Shown here: positions 32,568 through 44,167 of the stretch, one piece after another | Layout: the number at the start of each line of letters is the position of its first letter | Position numbering within the stretch: position 1 is the stretch's first letter | NCBI GenBank assembly: GCA_000004985.1 | Contig: GG738910.1 | DNA length: 64,000 bases | Reading direction: 5' to 3' (one strand) | DNA from: Naegleria gruberi | Taxonomy: Eukaryota | Notes under the pieces: model-generated | Databases searched by the model: none | What the model was told of the DNA's origin: nothing | The model's input: the letters and a program-made list of their open reading frames with translations, nothing else | Position numbers and translations under genes: made by a program

Positions 32568-35500
32568 ATGGTGAAAAAGAAGGAAAGCGATATCGGTTTA
32601 TCCCTCCTGCTTGGTAACTATGATGATATCCTTGACAAGGATATGGTAAGCAGCTTGGGAGGTATTGGTAACAAGTTCGGATTTGGTTTTATGGATGAGG
32701 AAAAAAAAGATGATGAAAGTGATGATGATAGTTTAATTAGTGATGAAGAGTATACGGGATTGGAGCAAGACGCTTCTTTCGAAGAAGAATATCCAGCTAA
32801 ATTTGTTTTATCGGTTGATGATGATGAAAATCCTCTGTTACGATTTTCCGAACTCTTTGGAGCTAAAGAGCAAAAGAAGAACAAACATAAAGCCTTCAAC
32901 ATGAAAGGATTAATACAAAAGATGAAAGATCACGCAAAAGTTACCTATAATTTGGAAGATGGAGATGACGATGAAGACTTGTTTTTCGAGAATGACATTC
33001 GGGTTGATCCTTCTACAAAACTAACAGAGACAGCAAGTGTTGATCAATCTTCCGAATCGGCTGAAGATGAAAAGCCATCCTCTGTAAATTATTTAAAACA
33101 ATCACAAATGGATATAATTTCTCAACGTTGTTCCGTAGAAAATGTTGATCAAGTCAACTGGGAAGAGAACATTGTATGGGATTTGGTGAAACTTGAAGAC
33201 AAGGAATCCAAAAAACAACCAGAACAAACAACACCTAAGCCAGTATTTGAAACTAACAAATCCTCTATTTTGGGATTAAATACAATTTTCAGTTCCCACA
33301 AAGACTTTCAAAGCAACAAAATTAATGAAGTTCCTGATTTGAGTGGAATTCCCAAACTCAACACAAAGCAGGAAGGAGCTTGGGGTGAAATAGCTGAAAA
33401 AAGTGAAGAAACCAAACCAAAAGATACATCAAAATCAGCAAATACTGAAACAAAAGATGCTCAGACTCCTTCTGCCACAAGCAATACATCAACTACAACA
33501 CCTCTCATAAAGGAGCAGGAACCAAATCCTTCCCAACCTCATAGTACTGATTTGGCCGAGTCAGATCCAAACTTTCCAAGGGATGAAAGTAAAAAACCAA
33601 AGAGAAAATATACAAGAAGAAAGAAGAAGGAAAGGGAGGAAGAAGAAGAATCAAAGTTCAAGAACAGAATCAGCACACTCAGAAAGGTTACATTTGACCC
33701 TGTTGCTGACGATTATGACGACGAACAAGTCAAATTCTTGAATGAACAATTAATGAATGGAGATTGGATGGATGATATTTATTGGGATGAATATGATGCC
33801 AGCAAGAAACAAGCTAAAAATACCAAACTTATCATTGACATGAACGACAAGTCAATGTTTTTCAATGAGTCTGATGGCCAATCCAATGTAGACAAGGATG
33901 AAATATTTGATACTATTGAATATAACATTTACAACATTTCAAATGACAGCAAATATGAAGGTCAAACTATCAAGGACCAATCTCAAAAGACAACAGCTAA
34001 GAAGTATACTGTCAGACATTCCCAACCTGCACTCAAATTGGATCCAAAATTGTACAGAAGCTATATTCCTGATAATGAATTGCGTAGACACCACCACAGA
34101 AAGAACAAATTCAAAAATAATGAAATAATGACTGTAGTTTTCAGAAAACCAAAGAAAGAGAAAAAAAAGTCAAAAAAGAGAAAGGACATTGAAAAAAAGC
34201 AGGACCTATCTGCGAACGATCACCGTGTTATTCTTATGGAATATGTTGAAGAACGTCCATCCTTGCTTAACAACGTTGGTATGGGTACTATGATAATGAA
34301 CTATTACAAAAAACCAAATTCTGCCTTTGACAGTGTTCCTGAGTGTGAAGATGGTATTCCAATTGTTGTAGAATCTGAGGATGGTGTACCATTGATTAAT
34401 ACTCTTGTAGATGGAGAATTTTTTACAACAACTGAAAACAACATGTTCCGTGCTCAAATCTTCAAACAAGAAGTCAAAAGCACAGACTTTTTACTCTGTA
34501 CAAGAAAGGCTTCAGGTGGCAAAACCAAATTCTATATTCGTGAAATTCCAAGAGAGTATGTCGTTGGCCACACTCAACCACAAGTTGAAGTAACTCCACC
34601 AAGAACTCGTGCTTCTGAAAGTTACACCAACAATAGACTTACCTTATTTATTTACAGATCTTTCCTAGACCAGATGAAGAAAGGAAAGAAACAACTCAAA
34701 ATCAAAATTGATGATATCAAGGAAGCATTCCCAGATTTTCCTCATCAAACAATCAGAGAAAGACTCAAAGCTTTGGCAACCTATGATAGAGGAAGTGGTG
34801 TTTGGACAGCCCATCCATCAAAACCTATTCCATCAGAGGAGGAATTACAAAATTTGGTCTCACCTGAAATGGTTTGCATTAATGAATCTATGCTTTCAGG
34901 TGATTTAAGATTGAATGACAAGGGTATTGACGATGAAGCATCCATGGTCGCCTTTGAACTTTCATTTGCAAGAGTTGAAGAGAAGTATCGTGATACTATT
35001 AGATTTATCGAGAGAGAAAAGATTGAATTACCTTGGGATAAAACTAATAACTTCCACTTGTGCTTTAAAGGTGGTAAGGAAGGTGTCAAGTTACAACTCT
35101 TAGGAGTTATTCACCAAAATATTACAAATCCTGACAAACTTAAGCAATTAGTGGAAGAAACCGAGAAGAGAATTCAAAGCGAAATTGAAGAAATTTTACC
35201 TTCCATGACAGATACTGAGGCTAAGAGGATTTTAATCAATAACAAGTATACAGAAGACCAATTGAAGAATATGACAAGAGCTGATAGAAAGATGAATGCC
35301 AGAAAAATTCTTAAACAACAAGGTTATCAACCAGGTGTAGAATATGTAAATAGAGAAACATTATTTGACATTAATACCAACAGTGCTATGGATAATACCA
35401 ATGGTGCTATGGATAATAATGCCATTGATAGCAGAAAGAATGCTAAAGATATTGCCAGAATTAACATTTTCAAAGAAGTGTTACAAGATGTCTACTTTAG

Positions 35501-36293
35501 AGAGGCCATCAAATTACAACGTGGCTTGAATTTCTACGAGACACCTGATGACATTATTGACAAGTTGGTGGAACAAAAGCTTGGCCGATCAAAGGCAGAT
35601 AAGGAGGAGTTGGATAAGTTAATGAATAGCTCTATCCAACAAAAACTCAAAGAAATGGATGAGGCTGAGGCTGAAACTGGTAAAAAAAAACGTGGCAGAA
35701 AGAGTAAACAGCCAAGTGTTGTTGAAATTGGAAAACGTTATGTGAAGAAGACGACATTTATTGCCAATGACGATGGCACTCAAACTGAAAAGGTTGAACT
35801 TATCAAGAATCCAACCCAGGTCAGTTATTATGAATTGGTCAGTAAGGGCAAAAGAAGAGCCAAACACTTTTTGGGTGCAACAGAAGAGGAAGTTTTACTT
35901 GTAGGACCAAGAGAAAGAGGTAGACTTCAAGCTCTCTCCAGAGAATTCAAAAAGAAGTTCCGTTCTGATAAGCACACAGCTAGTGAGAAACTGAATCAGG
36001 ACAAGAAGAAGAAAACCACAGCCATCAAGAATGCCTCTGTTACAACAACCAGAAAGCAACAAACTAAACAAAAAAAGTTGAAGAGGGAACAGAAGAAAGA
36101 GGAAGAAATTCAAAAGAAGGAAAAGAGAGCTGCCATCATCAAAAAGCTGGACATAAGTGATGGCACTCCAATTATTTCAGATAAGAAAGACAAGAAGAAA
36201 AAGAAAGAACGTTCTGAAGGGGAAAAGAAACGTAAATCAACTTCTGACTCAGGTTCCTCTAAGAAGAAAACCAAGAATGAAAAAGTGGCTTAA
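32568..36293 (+). CDS. TAF1: TFIID subunit TAF1 homolog (N-terminal TAND-like region + DUF3591 core); K/E-rich C-terminus, no recognisable bromodomains
   Basis: N-terminal LSLLLGNYDDIL resembles the TAF1 N-terminus. The core is collinear with the human TAF1 DUF3591 region as I recall it: VILMEYVEERPSLLNNVGMG (cf ILMEYCEERPLLMSNVGMG), NMFRAQIF, TDFLLCTR, FIYRSF, LVSPEMVC. The C-terminal 350 aa is a lysine/glutamate-rich charged tail. Confidence 0.75.
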   Translation: MVKKKESDIGLSLLLGNYDDILDKDMVSSLGGIGNKFGFGFMDEEKKDDESDDDSLISDEEYTGLEQDASFEEEYPAKFVLSVDDDENPLLRFSELFGAKEQKKNKHKAFNMKGLIQKMKDHAKVTYNLEDGDDDEDLFFENDIRVDPSTKLTETASVDQSSESAEDEKPSSVNYLKQSQMDIISQRCSVENVDQVNWEENIVWDLVKLEDKESKKQPEQTTPKPVFETNKSSILGLNTIFSSHKDFQSNKINEVPDLSGIPKLNTKQEGAWGEIAEKSEETKPKDTSKSANTETKDAQTPSATSNTSTTTPLIKEQEPNPSQPHSTDLAESDPNFPRDESKKPKRKYTRRKKKEREEEEESKFKNRISTLRKVTFDPVADDYDDEQVKFLNEQLMNGDWMDDIYWDEYDASKKQAKNTKLIIDMNDKSMFFNESDGQSNVDKDEIFDTIEYNIYNISNDSKYEGQTIKDQSQKTTAKKYTVRHSQPALKLDPKLYRSYIPDNELRRHHHRKNKFKNNEIMTVVFRKPKKEKKKSKKRKDIEKKQDLSANDHRVILMEYVEERPSLLNNVGMGTMIMNYYKKPNSAFDSVPECEDGIPIVVESEDGVPLINTLVDGEFFTTTENNMFRAQIFKQEVKSTDFLLCTRKASGGKTKFYIREIPREYVVGHTQPQVEVTPPRTRASESYTNNRLTLFIYRSFLDQMKKGKKQLKIKIDDIKEAFPDFPHQTIRERLKALATYDRGSGVWTAHPSKPIPSEEELQNLVSPEMVCINESMLSGDLRLNDKGIDDEASMVAFELSFARVEEKYRDTIRFIEREKIELPWDKTNNFHLCFKGGKEGVKLQLLGVIHQNITNPDKLKQLVEETEKRIQSEIEEILPSMTDTEAKRILINNKYTEDQLKNMTRADRKMNARKILKQQGYQPGVEYVNRETLFDINTNSAMDNTNGAMDNNAIDSRKNAKDIARINIFKEVLQDVYFREAIKLQRGLNFYETPDDIIDKLVEQKLGRSKADKEELDKLMNSSIQQKLKEMDEAEAETGKKKRGRKSKQPSVVEIGKRYVKKTTFIANDDGTQTEKVELIKNPTQVSYYELVSKGKRRAKHFLGATEEEVLLVGPRERGRLQALSREFKKKFRSDKHTASEKLNQDKKKKTTAIKNASVTTTRKQQTKQKKLKREQKKEEEIQKKEKRAAIIKKLDISDGTPIISDKKDKKKKKERSEGEKKRKSTSDSGSSKKKTKNEKVA

Positions 36294-36411
36294 ATAAATT
36301 GTTTTTTTATTGATTTTGAAGCACCACATAATTGACTAAGGACCCAGACATGATTACCAATTATCAAAAATGGTGAGAGTTTATAGTAGCAAAAGAAATG
36401 TTAAATGAAAT

Positions 36412-37473
36412 TTAAAGAATTCTGTCCTTCTTCCACAAAGCAACAGTAGCATTCTTGGATTGTTCATGCCATACTTGCCAGTGAACAGGTCTTCCATCAA
36501 CAGATTCAGGATTGATTTGTTCGAGCTTGTCAGCTATAACATCAACTTCCTTATAAGCTTTTCCAAAAGAAGTAAATTCCAAAGAGTGAGCTTCAGCAAG
36601 ATTGACATAAGCTTCAGCATCAGTCTTGACTTGTTCTTCTTCGTGATGTCCTAATTTACGAACAAACTTGGCAGGTGATCCAGCCCACATTTCACCATGT
36701 GGAATTCTTCTTCCAGGTGGGACTAAAGAACCAGCAGCAATGACAACATTATCTTCAATTACAGCACCTTCGAGAATGGTTGCGTTCATTCCGATAACAC
36801 ATTCATTACCAATACGACAGGCATGGAGCTTTACACCATGTCCAATAGTGGTGTGACCTCCAATAACAACATTACTGTCAAAACCACCAAAGTTTGGCTT
36901 ATCATCAGTTGTGATAACAACACCATCTTGAATATTAGTGTATCCTCCTATTTCAATACTATTCTTGTCTCCTCTCAAAACAGCGTTATACCAAACATTT
37001 ACATGATCACACAATCTAACATCACCAATAACAGTGGCGGATGGAGCAACCCAAACACCACCAGCTTGAATAGATGGATCGTATCCGTTGAACCAAACAA
37101 ATCTTCTATGACGATTGTACAATTCAAGGAATTGTTTGTATAATTGACCCAAAGCTCTTCTTCCCTTGTGGTTTGGTACTTCTGGTTCCGGAACAGGAAC
37201 GTATGTACTTGGATATTCAGCTGGATAATTACTATTTTCAAGGATTTCTCTGTCTGGTAAGAAGACTAAACGATCCTTTCTTTGTTTATGTAAAATATGT
37301 TGTTTACCAGAGAGAACATCCTGGTCATCCAAACCAGTACTTCTTACAGCACGAGCTTGAGCGGTACTGGCGTTTGTACCTCTTTTCATTACTTCCACAT
37401 ATTGTTCGTTCAATTCTTCGATTCTTGTCTTTGCCTTTCGCTCCAACAAGCTCTTAGCGAGTCTTCTCATCAT
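36412..37473 (-). CDS. Gamma-class carbonic anhydrase family protein (left-handed beta-helix; complex-I gamma-CA-like) with ~140-aa N-terminal and ~70-aa C-terminal extensions
   Basis: Hexapeptide-repeat core VIGDVRLCDHVNVWYNAVLRGDKNSIEIGGYTNIQDGVVITTDD...IGGHTTIGHGVKLHACRIGNECVIGMNATILEGAVIEDNVVIAAGSLV with the His-rich metal-site context typical of gamma-CA/CamH. Confidence 0.8.
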   Translation of the reverse strand: MMRRLAKSLLERKAKTRIEELNEQYVEVMKRGTNASTAQARAVRSTGLDDQDVLSGKQHILHKQRKDRLVFLPDREILENSNYPAEYPSTYVPVPEPEVPNHKGRRALGQLYKQFLELYNRHRRFVWFNGYDPSIQAGGVWVAPSATVIGDVRLCDHVNVWYNAVLRGDKNSIEIGGYTNIQDGVVITTDDKPNFGGFDSNVVIGGHTTIGHGVKLHACRIGNECVIGMNATILEGAVIEDNVVIAAGSLVPPGRRIPHGEMWAGSPAKFVRKLGHHEEEQVKTDAEAYVNLAEAHSLEFTSFGKAYKEVDVIADKLEQINPESVDGRPVHWQVWHEQSKNATVALWKKDRIL

Positions 37474-37680
37474 TTTTTTAAAATTACAAAAAATTATTTA
37501 AAATATTTATTGTTGTGATGGCTTTAATAGAGTGAATCCACAATAGTTAAAATCAAAATTAATTAGAAATGGTTTCCATCATTATGAATGATATCGTGTC
37601 CATCACTACTGGAGAGTAATATTTACCTCCAAAAATCATCACCAAACTACAACCCGCCAAAATTTAGAACAATAAAAAAA

Positions 37681-39224
37681 ATGAATGAAGAGGGAAACAA
37701 ATTCAACTCAAAGACAGACTTTTCATTTGGAGGGGAACCTTATACGGTGTATTTTACTACACCTGACACGGATAACTTGATGCTGACCATTGAGCATAGA
37801 ATATCTTGTGATCGGTGGTGTGGTAGATATAGTAGTCAACGTAAGTAAACATAAATTAATGATGGAAAATTAGAAAATTGGATCAGACATACAAACCTTG
37901 ACTAGCAAAGCGAATAGTTATAAACAATTCCATACCTTCCTAAAAATGATATATCAAGCTTTGATGAAGAAATCAAATTCCGTTTCTTTGGATTTCATCA
38001 CAAAGAATCAAATGGAAGTTTTATTTCAAAAGAAGCCATCATCAAAGGGATCTCCCTTAATGGAGGATGACTCGAAAAATTCAATGTCTCCTCCGAATAC
38101 AAAATATTTAATTGTAATTTATTATACAGAATACGATTGTGTCAAATATCCACTTCCGCTTGCCTATGAGGAACCTAATGTAGAAATTTTGAAAAATATG
38201 ATTCAGTCATTGAGAACGGAAAATGAACAACTTAGGAAACCAAGTAAGGAGTAAGTAGTATTTATAAATATTAGTCTAGATTGATTGTGTTAGTATTGAT
38301 AAAATAGCTAGGGAAAAGAAAGAAATTGAGGAAAGCTACAGAAAACTGCAAGTAGAATCGGCCAATGAAGTGAAACATGTCAGAAAGCAATACGATGAAA
38401 TTGCAAGAGAGCTTCAGTCTCAAACTATTGAAAATGAAAGGCTGAAGAAACAAGTACTTCACTCTAATAACACTAGGAATGCTGAATTTGAGGAAAAGAT
38501 TTTACAATTAAAGAAAGAGCTCAAACAAGCAAAAGCAGAAATAGATATTTTAAAGGTTGAAAATAATAGATACTATTCCAGTAAACCGAGTAGTGATGGA
38601 AGATCAAGCCCAGTAATCAAATCCTCTAGAGCAAGGTCTCCCTCTCCAAAAGTTTCTTCATCTCCTCGAATTGAAAGAAGTAGATCTCCTTCTCCTGGAA
38701 GAAAAGTATTGACTAATAGTGTAGAAAAACGAACATCGAACAGATCTTCAACCGAGAAACACAGAATTGACAAGAAAGGTTATGAATCTCCCAAGTCAAC
38801 AAAGCTATCCCTTCCAAAACCACCAACCTCCTCAAACAATAGAGGATCTAGGTCAATATCTCCTTCACTTCGCTCAAAAACGCCCACATCTACAAAAGAA
38901 ATACCAGAAAGAAAACCATCCAGAGGAAGAGTTTCAAGCTCACCATCTAGGGCAAGGCAGATGCCAGAATCTCCAAGAAGACTATCAAGCTCAAAATTGG
39001 AGGATAAAAAAAGAGGAAAACCAATTAAGAAGACTTATTATGACACCTCAGAAGATGAAAGTGAATTGGCAAGCAACACTGATATGTACTCTTCACATGC
39101 CAGTGCTTACATATCTGATGATTATTCAGATTATAGTTATACTTCTGAGGATAGACGAAGCTACACGCGAAGTTCATCAAGAGGCAAACAGCCCACCTCA
39201 GGTAAATCTAAGAGTAAACGATAA
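37681..39224 (+). CDS. CCDC61: CCDC61 / VFL3 homolog (centriole/basal-body protein), 3 exons with two short introns (~37841..37886 and ~38243..38307)
   Basis: Spliced N-terminus MNEEGNKFNSKTDFSFGGEPYTVYFTT...DRWCGRY..ANSYKQFHTFLKMIYQAL..SVSLDFITKNQMEVL..TKYLIVIYYTEYDCVKYPLPLAYEE is collinear with the human CCDC61 N-terminal domain as I recall it (DQWRGEF..GNFKQFNIFCHMLEAAL..SVTLDLLTYTDLESL..KRYLILIYSVEFDRIHYPLPL). A coiled coil and an RS/SP-rich basic tail follow. Introns use GTAAGT and GTAAGG donors and keep the frame. Confidence 0.7.
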
Positions 39225-39378
39225 ATATAAAATGTTTTCATTCTTTGAACATTTTGTTTCACTATCTGAGATTATCTACGACAAATAGAAAATAGGACAT
39301 CATAACGAACAATGTAGATAACTTGTCGTTAAGAATCAAAAATGGCGCCTTTTTCAGTTACAGCAACAATTAAAAAAA

Positions 39379-42039
39379 ATGAGAAGAGCTTCATCAGACT
39401 CACAAAACAACAGACTAACGATAAGCTTGAATAGTTTGAAGGAATTCAAATCAGAGGATACATCACGGAATGAAAATTTCTTATCTTCTAAACATCAAAT
39501 TTTTAAACCTCAAAGTGCATCTATGCACAGACCTATGAGGCAAACTGTAACTAGGGATCTTTCTTCATCAATTCCAAGACCAAAAACAACTGCTGCCTCT
39601 TTTTCCAGTTTATCAAATATTAATGTACAAAGCAAACAATCTCCCTTAGGAACACTGACATCAAGAAGAGCAGATTCAAAAAGCAGTACAATTGATGATA
39701 CAGGATCGTTAAAGCGAAATCACAAACCACCTTTAATTATCAATGTGTATCCATCTCTCCCTAACCGTTTTACTTATGAATCGGATGACCTGGCACACTA
39801 CTTGAATGTCCTTAAAGCCTGCAAGCAACCACTTTATCCAATCACCAATCAAGAACAAGAAAAGAGGAAGCAAATTTACTCGACACTTGCTTTTATCATG
39901 TCTGCTTTCCAATACCATGATAAAATTGTTCATTCATCTGTCGAACCAGACGAGCATAGTATTCAAAATGTATCATATGGACATCCTCAAGATCTATTTC
40001 AAGTTTGTTGTTATTTGTTGAGGGAAAACCTAAGTTATACTAGTGAAATAGACCATTTGAAATCTCAAATGATTGAAAAGGACAGAAAAATTGAGGAATT
40101 TCATAAGAAATATGAATCTAAGAATGATCATGATTTGGTAAAGTTAAATCCTTCCCAAAACGACTTGAACAATCTGCAGGAATCTGTATCCAAACTGGAA
40201 CAAGATATTTACCATCATGATCCAATATTGTACAAAGAAATAATTGAAAAAACCGAGGAAGAAGATCTGTTACAAAGTGTTGGTCCAGAAACCATTAAAG
40301 ACCAATTTCTCAACACCAAAGATGCGGTGCCAAGACTTCCATCCCTTATAAGAAATTCCGATAACACTAAATCTTTCCAAAAGAAGAAAAAGCTAACAAA
40401 GGAAGAATCCCATACCGAAAAGTATACTAAATGTCTACAATACAAGATGAAATTGTTGGAAAATCTTATATTTGTATTGAAGAAGAAGGTTCAAAGATAT
40501 GAACAATCTGATTCAGACATCAGAAAACTAGTTAAGAATTGGGGAACCTTACCTGAGCTGCTGAAGGAGAATGAAACGATGAAAAAGGAGCTCAATTTTT
40601 ACAATTGGGTTACTCAGAGGTTTGATACAGAATTGTTGTTGAAACACAAGTATTTGTATTTGGATGACGTGTACATGCTTCGTTCCGTCATATTTGCCTT
40701 GCAAAATGAGTTATAGTAAGTTTCAACATTTTCTTAATTATCAACTTTTAAAGTGTTGCTCAAATTGGGTTATCCAAGTACAATGAAATTCAAAACAAAA
40801 TTCTCAAGATAATGACGACAGAGAGACCAGAAGAAATGACTAACAAACACAACACACTAGAGTATTTAATGACAGAACTGTTTATGACAGACAAACAAAA
40901 GTTTGAATATGAAAAGAAGAAAGAGGCCAAAAGAATGGTAGCAGAGGAAAATAACAAGAGTTCAGTTAAGGAAGAAACTGAACCATCATTAATAGAACTT
41001 AAAAATACGCTGAGATCTTTGGAACACGAGAACAAATTTTTGACAAACCAAGTCTCAAGATTGGAATTCCAAGTGTCTGATCTAAATAGTGCCATGGAGC
41101 TTTTAAGAGAAGATGTGACAGGAGAGAGAAAGGTAGAAATTAAGGAAAGAGAAACGATGATAAGAAAATTAAGTGGAAGAATTGATCGTAAGTTTTATAT
41201 TTTAAAAAATTTGCTAATATTAGATAACAGAGCTTAATAAGACAGCCTCTGAAAGAGAAGTGTACTTCCTGTTCCAACAACAATTGGTTCAAGAGTTGAC
41301 AGAGAAAAGGGATAAATTATTTGATGAAAATTCCCAAACAAATGAAAGACTCATCAATGCTAGGAATAATGTTGTTTCATTAAGAAGTAAACTAGATCAT
41401 CAATCAAAAGGACTTCAAGTAATGTTCCAAATTACATCATCACTACTTCACTTTTTCATGAAATCTAATGGGAAAAAACTTCCAGAGAAACTCTCTCCTC
41501 AGAACAATGTTAAAATTATGTTTGGGGATGTTTTCTCGGCTTATTTGATTCAAATGAACGCATGTGTTAGAATTCAATCTTGGTTTAGAGGAATCCAAAA
41601 ACGAAAAAGATTACTGCAGTCTGAGAAACATTCTTCATTTGTTCGAAAGATGTTAACAAAACGAAAATCTATGGATAGATGGAGACCTGTTGAAGCTAAA
41701 AGCACTACTGAACCACCTTTATTCTCAGTTTTTACAGACTTTTTGAAAGTCATCTCTACAAGCTCTCAACAATCTACTGAGATGTTACAACAAACGAATG
41801 GATTGATACATGCTTTCAAACACGAAATTGTTGGAAGATTTAAATCAAAGATTCAAGAAGAACTCGAGCAATGTCGAAAGGAAACAATTGAAACAAGTGA
41901 ACAGCTTCTTTCAACTCTTAGAGAAGTTGTTCTCAAACCTAAGAGTGAGAGAGCATGTCAAACAGAGAAGATTGAATTGAAGAGTAGAGGGGTGCAGAAT
42001 GGGGTATCACAGGTCTCTAATGTAGAACTAAGAAAGTAA
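39379..42039 (+). CDS. Coiled-coil protein with IQ calmodulin-binding motif, 3 exons (~39379..40715, ~40753..41187, ~41231..42039)
   Basis: ORFs 39379..40716, 40812..41237 and 41260..42039 join in frame through a 37-nt intron (GTAAGTTTCAAC...TTTAAAG) and a 43-nt intron (GTAAGTTTTATA...ATAACAG). Long heptad-rich segments. IQ motif IQMNACVRIQSWFRGIQKRKRLL. Function unknown. Confidence 0.55.
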
Positions 42040-42052
42040 CAGTAAAATCACA

Positions 42053-42250
42053 TCATTTTATTGAGCTATTGATGAGGTGTTCTATTGAACCACTGCCTCT
42101 TCTTGCATAAATTAGGGATGGTTGATTGTCTCCTCGAATCTCGAGGTGTGTTCCTGGATTTTTTCGGTACTCAGATCCATTCAAATGTCCTCTATCAATG
42201 TGAAAGAATTGAAAGCAATCTGTAAGTTCTTCAAAGAAGCAATCCAGCAT
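42053..42250 (-). mobile_element. Isolated retroelement RNase H-like fragment (relic)
   Basis: Translation FFHIDRGHLNGSEYRKNPGTHLEIRGDNQPSLIYARRGSGSIEHL is homologous to the RNase H-like ORF at 48690..49097 (FFKEASRLRLFPKDTHFEIRGDNPTALSYVAKGYGYLSHL). No flanking RT or integrase. Confidence 0.4.
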
Positions 42251-42361
42251 AAGTTTACCTACAAAATCATGTCACGAAAATTTGCTTGTTTTGGTGTTTT
42301 GACAAAATATTCGGTAATGACAATAATAATTGAATAAAATACTTAATAAAAAAAATTACAA

Positions 42362-44167
42362 ATGAGAAAAAAGAATGGTGTATCCACCAACAGAATTACA
42401 TTTTTCATCACAGCCTGGATACTGTTTAAAATACTTCTCCTAGGCCAAGTGTTTAGTGATCCTCTGCCTGATCATCCTCTTCAATCGCTTGACTTTTCCG
42501 AAGCTTATCCATACATTCAACATATAGATTCGTACATTCAATACAAAACACAATTACAGCAATTCCCAAACATGTTATTATTTATTTATCTTCCGTGGGA
42601 TAGTATAGCTTTGTATGGAGTTAGAAAATCTATTTTAGAGCTTTTCAGACAATATCAATTGGCAGGAAATTTATTTCAAGAATACAACAACACAACGATA
42701 TATGGATTTATTAATAAGAATGATAGAAAATCAAACGGAATTGATACAGAGGAGAGATTTATTATCCGAGCAATTAATTATTTTAATATTGTAGACAAGG
42801 ATATGAAAGAAAAAATTGTTATTTTAACATCACCTCAACTTAGATTTATTTTGAATGGAAACCAAGAAAAGTACTTCTTCTACAGCCACTATTCTTCATT
42901 TTTGATGGATAGATTTATTACATTGTCATTACACAGGAAACCTTTAGGATTTAACGACTACATTAATGATAACACTACATTGATTCATAATGAAGTTTGT
43001 CTAGGAGATGAAAGGAATATGGATTATGTGAATCAAGCAATGGAAAATATTCTTGTGGATGAACACCTTTTGATAGGATACTTTTATGATGGATCAGATC
43101 ATGTAAATAATCATAACTACTATCTTCAAAAATACTATAACATTACATTCAATTATGTACAACCATTGCGAGTGAAATTTGTAATTCTAAAGAGTGAAAG
43201 TGAATACAAGAGTTATTTCTCTTGCCATACCATGTTGAAAAGTGCCATTACAAATTTTCAAAAATCACAAGTACTACTCTACAAGTATGTCAAGAACGAA
43301 TTTGAGACATTTGATGGGGAATCGAGGTTAATAACAGATTGGTTGATTGAAAAATATGAACCCTTAGTAGGAGAGTTACAATCACAAAGTTCTTCAACAT
43401 TTTTAAAACAAGAAGAGACTGTTATTCTATTTTTGGAGGATAGGAATGATTTACTTATATCAAAATTAAAGCACTTGTCATACGAAATTTACAAGCAATC
43501 AGGAAAGCAACCACATATTTCATTTGTTGAAAAAGAATTTGGAAGAAACCTGTTTAGATCCCACATCAAAGTAAAAAATGGAAAAGAATTGACAGTTTTC
43601 AATTTTGATGAATATGTAAAATTCCCATCCCTTATGATTAATATTAACAATACCATTTACTTTTTAGACAAGTGTATTAATGGAAAGTTTGAGGATCAAG
43701 ATATTTTGTTAAAATGCTATAGTAAATTCAAACACGATCCCTCTCAATTCATCCACCATAATAGCAAGAGCACAAAGTCTGGAATCTCATATTCAACCCT
43801 ATCAATGATTATGAACCTTAAATTCAGACCAAAGGTTACTCTAATTTATTTGTATTCATCATCCTTTGGAAGTTCATATTACTATCACTCTATGTTGAAC
43901 GAAATAGATCAAGAAACTAACTTATTTATGGATATATTTTATTATGATGTTAAATATAATGATATTCCAGAGCTTATTTCAAGGGAACACAATTTACAAG
44001 TTGAAAATTTACCATATTTTATAATTATTTCTCAACATGGAAAAATCAAATTCTACAACAATAATTCTATTTCATATACACTTTTGAAAAAGTGGATTAT
44101 TGAAAGTATTGCATTTTCTGTGAATACAGCAGTAGATATTTCTTCGAATGAATTAAATGTTTATTGA
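42362..44167 (+). CDS. Hypothetical secreted/membrane protein (601 aa), Asn/Tyr/Phe-rich
   Basis: Long uninterrupted ORF in AT-rich DNA. N-terminal hydrophobic signal TFFITAWILFKILLLGQVFS. No recognisable domain. Confidence 0.45.
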   Translation: MRKKNGVSTNRITFFITAWILFKILLLGQVFSDPLPDHPLQSLDFSEAYPYIQHIDSYIQYKTQLQQFPNMLLFIYLPWDSIALYGVRKSILELFRQYQLAGNLFQEYNNTTIYGFINKNDRKSNGIDTEERFIIRAINYFNIVDKDMKEKIVILTSPQLRFILNGNQEKYFFYSHYSSFLMDRFITLSLHRKPLGFNDYINDNTTLIHNEVCLGDERNMDYVNQAMENILVDEHLLIGYFYDGSDHVNNHNYYLQKYYNITFNYVQPLRVKFVILKSESEYKSYFSCHTMLKSAITNFQKSQVLLYKYVKNEFETFDGESRLITDWLIEKYEPLVGELQSQSSSTFLKQEETVILFLEDRNDLLISKLKHLSYEIYKQSGKQPHISFVEKEFGRNLFRSHIKVKNGKELTVFNFDEYVKFPSLMININNTIYFLDKCINGKFEDQDILLKCYSKFKHDPSQFIHHNSKSTKSGISYSTLSMIMNLKFRPKVTLIYLYSSSFGSSYYYHSMLNEIDQETNLFMDIFYYDVKYNDIPELISREHNLQVENLPYFIIISQHGKIKFYNNNSISYTLLKKWIIESIAFSVNTAVDISSNELNVY

